Source of the DNA: an uncultured Acidobacteriota bacterium
GTDB lineage: Bacteria; Acidobacteriota; UBA6911
NCBI GenBank assembly: GCA_963827655.1
Contig: CAWHCF010000029.1
Span: 173,410 to 237,409 of the forward strand
Reading direction: 5' to 3'
DNA: 64,000 nt
In this document: one piece after another, positions 61,814 through 64,000 of the stretch
How the letters are laid out: the number at the start of each line of letters is the position of its first letter
Numbering within the stretch: position 1 is the stretch's first letter
The notes under the pieces: generated by a model
Databases searched by the model: none
The model's input: the letters and a program-made list of their open reading frames with translations, nothing else
What the model was told of the DNA's origin: nothing
Program-made: the position numbers and the translations under genes

Positions 61814-62443
61814 TTAATCACCCGCGTATCGCTGCTCTTTCCAGGGGTTGCCGTAGTTGTGATAGCCGACCGACTCCCAGAATCCCGGGCGGTCTTCCCT
61901 GACGAGTTTGAAGCCGCGCACCCATTTCGCGCTTTTCCAGAAATAGAGGTGCGGCACCAGCAGGCGCGCCGGGCCCCCGTGCTCGGGCGCGAGCGGACGT
62001 CCGTCGTATTCGTCAACAACCCACGCTTTTCCGCCGCGGACGTCGGCGAGTGGCAGATTCGTCGTGTAACCGCCGTCGCAAAAAGCGATGAGATAGCCGA
62101 CGGCCGGCTGCGCGTCAAGGTTAATGCCTTTGAGCAGCGTGTCGACCGAAACGCCGGTCCAGACGGTGTCGAGCTTTGACCACTTTGTGACGCAGTGAAC
62201 ATCAACCGTCACGGTTTCGCGCGGCAGCTTCCGGAACTCGTCCCAAGTCCATTTCAAATCTTCGGCCATCTCCCCGTAAATCGAAAAGTCCCACCGCTCA
62301 AGCGACGTTCGCGGAGTCGGTCCGGCGGACAACACCGGAAAATCCTTCGTTTCATATTGGCCGGGCGGAATCCGTTCTTTGAGCGCTCTAGCGGTTTCCC
62401 TCGCTCGTCCTTTGAAACCGCGTGAAATAAATTTTTCAGCCAT
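61814..62443 (-). CDS. sulfite oxidase-like molybdopterin oxidoreductase (YuiH-like)
   Basis: RIPPGQ, DVHCVTKWS (Mo-ligating Cys), EHGGPARL..P.LYFWKSAKW and GFWE..GYH..G.PW.EQRY. Confidence 0.9.
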   Translation of the reverse strand: MAEKFISRGFKGRARETARALKERIPPGQYETKDFPVLSAGPTPRTSLERWDFSIYGEMAEDLKWTWDEFRKLPRETVTVDVHCVTKWSKLDTVWTGVSVDTLLKGINLDAQPAVGYLIAFCDGGYTTNLPLADVRGGKAWVVDEYDGRPLAPEHGGPARLLVPHLYFWKSAKWVRGFKLVREDRPGFWESVGYHNYGNPWKEQRYAGD

Positions 62444-62551
62444 AAGTACCTCCCTAAAAAGAAAACCCGTGCTGTCTCCGTTCGAGAAAACCGTCATCAG
62501 TCCGGGGGCTTGCTCAACCTGCCGGGCATGACCGAGTCCTTCCCAGTGAGT

Positions 62552-63349
62552 TCAGTGGCTGAGTACCAGCAGGATCAGTAAGGCCACAAAACCAACGACC
62601 AGCAGCAGGCCGTTGAACTGCGGCGAGCCGTGGAATGCCTCCGGGATCATCGTTTCCGAGACCAGCGCCAGGATCGCTCCCGCCGCGAACGCCTCGACCG
62701 TCCCCCGGACCGCCGGCTCGGTGCCTCGGAGCACAAGCCCGGCAACCGCCGCTGCGAGGCTGATCATCAAGGCGATTCCAATCCACACGCCAAACACGTA
62801 GCGCGCGGACCGTCCCGCCCGCCGCATTCCGGCGCTGCTCGATAGGGCTTCCGGGATGTTAGCCAGGAAGAACGCCGTGACCGTCCCCAGGCCGGGCGCG
62901 CCTTGGTGCAGCACGCTCAGCCCCAGCACCACCCCCTCGGGAACGCCGTCGAGGAACGTGCCGGCCGCGATGGCCAGTCCGCTACCGGGCTGCTGCTCTT
63001 CTTCCGGCTGCTCCACGCATTCGCCGCAGCGTTTTCGGTGCTGTGCCCCGCGGCGGGAGAGTAGCCAGTTAACGGAACTGAACACCGCCGCGCCACACAG
63101 CAGACCCATGACCGTCCAGTGCAGGCTTGCCGCGCCACGCGCGTTGATCACCAGGTCCACCGCCACCACAGCCAGAAGTACGCCGGCTGCGAACGTCATC
63201 ACGCGGGCGATGGTGGTATGCTGAAGCCACGTGTAGTACCCACCAACGGCCCCGATCAGCAGGCCGGATGCAGACAGGAGGCCCCAGCCGGCCGCTTGCA
63301 ACCAGCCGGGCAGTTCTACAAGCGGTCCCATCACCGTTTGATCCTTCAT
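62552..63349 (-). CDS. ZIP family metal transporter
   Basis: FAAGVL, LDGVPEG, ANIPEAL and MIPEA. Confidence 0.85.
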   Translation of the reverse strand: MKDQTVMGPLVELPGWLQAAGWGLLSASGLLIGAVGGYYTWLQHTTIARVMTFAAGVLLAVVAVDLVINARGAASLHWTVMGLLCGAAVFSSVNWLLSRRGAQHRKRCGECVEQPEEEQQPGSGLAIAAGTFLDGVPEGVVLGLSVLHQGAPGLGTVTAFFLANIPEALSSSAGMRRAGRSARYVFGVWIGIALMISLAAAVAGLVLRGTEPAVRGTVEAFAAGAILALVSETMIPEAFHGSPQFNGLLLVVGFVALLILLVLSH

Positions 63350-64000
63350 TTACCCAAAGCCTGAGCGACACGCATTTTCTCGACCTGTTTATCGAGGAAG
63401 TTATTGATGTATGCGGCTATCAGGTTGCCGTCCTCTTCAAGCGCGAAGTGGCCGGTGTCGAGCAGATGGAATTCCAGGTTCTTTAAGTCACGTTTATAAG
63501 GCTCGGCAGCTTTCGCCGGAAAAATCGGATCGTTTTTACCCCACACTACAAGCGTCGGCGGCTGATATTTGCGGAAGTAGGCTTGCCACTGCGGGTAAAG
63601 CGGAGGGTTCGAGCCGTAATCGTAGAAGATCTGAAGCTGAATTTCCTTGTTGCCTTCGCGATCTATCAAGGCTTGGTCAAGCGTCCAGGTATCTGGTGAA
63701 ATGTGATTCAGGTTGCGCGCGCCTTGCGTCTATTGCCATTTCGTGGCGTCAATCGTTAAAAATTTGCGGAGCGCACTTTCGTTCTTTTCGCTGCGCTCTT
63801 TCCAGTAAGCCTTGGTAGCACTCCAGAAATCGCCTTCCAGACCTTCCTCGTAAGCGTTGCCGTTTTTCACGATTGAGGCCTGCACTCGTTCGGGATTTTT
63901 TGCCGCCAGGCGAAACCCTACCGGAGCGCCGATGTCCTGCACGTAAAGACTATAATTTTGCAATCCAATCGTGTCGGCGAACTTTTCGATGACTTTCGCC
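63346..64000 (-). pseudogene. alpha/beta hydrolase (epoxide hydrolase-like) with in-frame TAG at 63730-63732; 5' end outside the window
   Basis: QDIGAPVG.RLA...PE, NGNAYEEGL, WQ*TQG, WGKND.IF and DTGHFALE; both ORF pieces are in the same frame. Confidence 0.75.

Overview
This is a GC-rich bacterial chromosomal segment. Its gene content suggests Acidobacteriota (inference): fused LptF-LptG, Pal with an extra N-terminal domain, an Oar-type TonB-dependent receptor and a Zn-finger DnaC-like ATPase. Positions 1 to about 49.8 kb are mostly housekeeping genes: mutS, tsaB-rimI, ssb, the tol-pal-cpoB operon, recN-miaB, thrA, lptFG, metK-ahcY, murJ-xerD, lpxD, ppdK, ino1, recO, psd-pssA, ddl, phoH, rpsT, argF, holA, lptE, dcd, HU, tRNA-Ala(CGC) and tRNA-Val(CAC). 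After tRNA-Val the content is accessory: a PP2C phosphatase, a TonB-dependent receptor divergent from a molybdate-sensor/modABC operon, and a converging operon. That operon holds a sulfite-oxidase-family Mo enzyme, an FNR-type reductase, a small 2xCxxC protein, a ZIP transporter and a broken hydrolase. The most striking non-genic signal is two dispersed intergenic repeat families. One has 9-nt periodicity (CTTCGTGTCTTCGTGGT, about 12 loci) and the other 7-nt periodicity (AATCGTC, 4 loci); both often occur as inverted pairs, and no mobilising gene is present in the window. Several genes carry single-base frameshifts, most likely sequencing or assembly errors. All product calls come from motif recognition by eye; no searches were run.
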